Shown here in pieces: positions 62,921-64,000 of a stretch of 64,000 nt of DNA. The translations under genes and the position numbers were made by a program. Origin of the DNA: Glaucostegus cemiculus (Eukaryota); assembly GCA_976551045.1 (NCBI GenBank), contig CDPCPM010000351.1, forward strand, positions 1,922,001-1,986,000, given 5' to 3'. The notes beneath the pieces are model-generated. The model worked only from the letters and a program-made list of their open reading frames with translations. It had not been told where the DNA came from and ran no database searches. The first letter of the stretch is position 1. Each line of letters starts with the position of its first letter.

Positions 62921-63622
62921 AAGCTCGCTCATTATTAGAAGAGGCCACAGACGCAGGAAGAGCTTCCTTTCACAGCTTGGCCTATAACATTGCTGGCTGG
63001 AGCGTGCATTGTGCTCAAAGGCTCGTGGAGAGATACAGAAACAGGCCCTTCGGCCCACTGGGTCCGTGCTGACCATCGACCGCCCGTTTACACGAATCCT
63101 ACATTAATCCCACATTCACATCAACTCCCCGATTCCATAACTCACCCACACACTAGGGGCAATTCTCAGTGGCCAATTAACCTACCAATTTGCATATTTT
63201 TTGGATGTGGGACAAACTGGAGCACCCCACGGAAACCCACACAGTCACAGGGAGGACATGCAAACTCCACACATACAGCCCCCAAGGTCAGGATTGAACC
63301 CAGGCCTCAGGTGCTGTGAGGCAGTGGCTCTACTAGCTGCACCTCTATCACAAGACAATAACCTTGCATCAGAACAGCTCTGTGCATTGCCGTCATCTTC
63401 TGATTTTCAGTTCAGATTTCCAGCATCCCATTTACATTGCTTGTGTAGAAAAGCTACCTGATGTAGTTGAGTTTGGGGCAGTGATGTCCTTCTCGCCACG
63501 TCGGTCTCAAGCATCAACAAACTAGCAGAGGACATCATGGACAGTACTGTCAAACAGCAGTCACCTGTCACCTGGAGACACAAGAGAGTACAGATGCTGG
63601 ACTCTGAGGCAACAGACAACAA

Positions 63623-63813
63623 GCTGGAGGAGCTCAGTAGGCCAGGCAGCATCTGTGGAGGGAAATGGACAGTCGACGTTTCAGTTCAAGACCCTTCATC
63701 TGGACTGAAAGATCTACCTCCCCTCTTTCAGACCAGGTGAAGGGTCTTGACCTGAAACGTCGACTGTCCGTTTCCCTCCACCGATGCTGCCTGATCCACT
63801 GAGCTCCTCCAGC
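63623..63813. repeat. Inverted repeat (~80-bp arms), Penelope-associated
   Basis: gctggaggagctcag...cccttcatctgg pairs with ccaggtgaaggg...ctgagctcctccagc. Confidence 0.85.
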
Positions 63814-64000
63814 CTTTAGTGTGTTGCTCACCTGTCACTTACTTGCTGAAGCTCAATTTGCCTTCTACCAGGACCATTTGATTCGGACCCCCTTTCAGCC
63901 TTGGTCCTACATGTGTCGGTGAATTCTAGAGTAGTGGTCTCTGTGACTGCCCTTGAAATCAGTATTTTGACTGAATGTTGCATTCATTATCACAAGATCA

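Overview
Repeat-rich vertebrate genomic DNA, most likely from a cartilaginous fish (shark or ray) judging by the mix of tRNA-derived SINEs and CR1, Rex1/Babar, L1 and Penelope elements. It is not prokaryotic, and almost all entries in the six-frame ORF track are noise or transposon fragments. The + strand carries four intact, phase-compatible internal coding exons of ADAMTS17 (5580-5730, 40593-40694, 54004-54149, 57177-57343), covering the end of the metalloprotease domain, the disintegrin-like domain, TSR1 and the start of the Cys-rich domain. The main hidden signal is on the - strand. Non-repetitive islands between the transposons look like frameshifted, stop-riddled relic exons. Read from high to low coordinate they give an ordered domain series: Cys-rich GCC2/GCC3 (ephrin-receptor-like) repeats (~63-34 kb), leucine-rich repeats (~36-24 kb), Ig-like domains (~22.5-21 kb), an unassigned region, EGF-like repeats (~15-6.7 kb), then the thrombospondin type-3/C-terminal junction (~0.15-0.4 kb). 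I infer a decayed giant thrombospondin-superfamily gene (mega-thrombospondin-like) interleaved antisense through ADAMTS17. Domain calls come from by-eye motif recognition and need HMM/BLAST confirmation. Other features are two solo LTRs with 5-bp TSDs, Penelope-derived hairpins with hammerhead-like cores, a perfect 196-bp tandem duplication and several minisatellites. Transposon and relic-exon boundaries are approximate unless stated.
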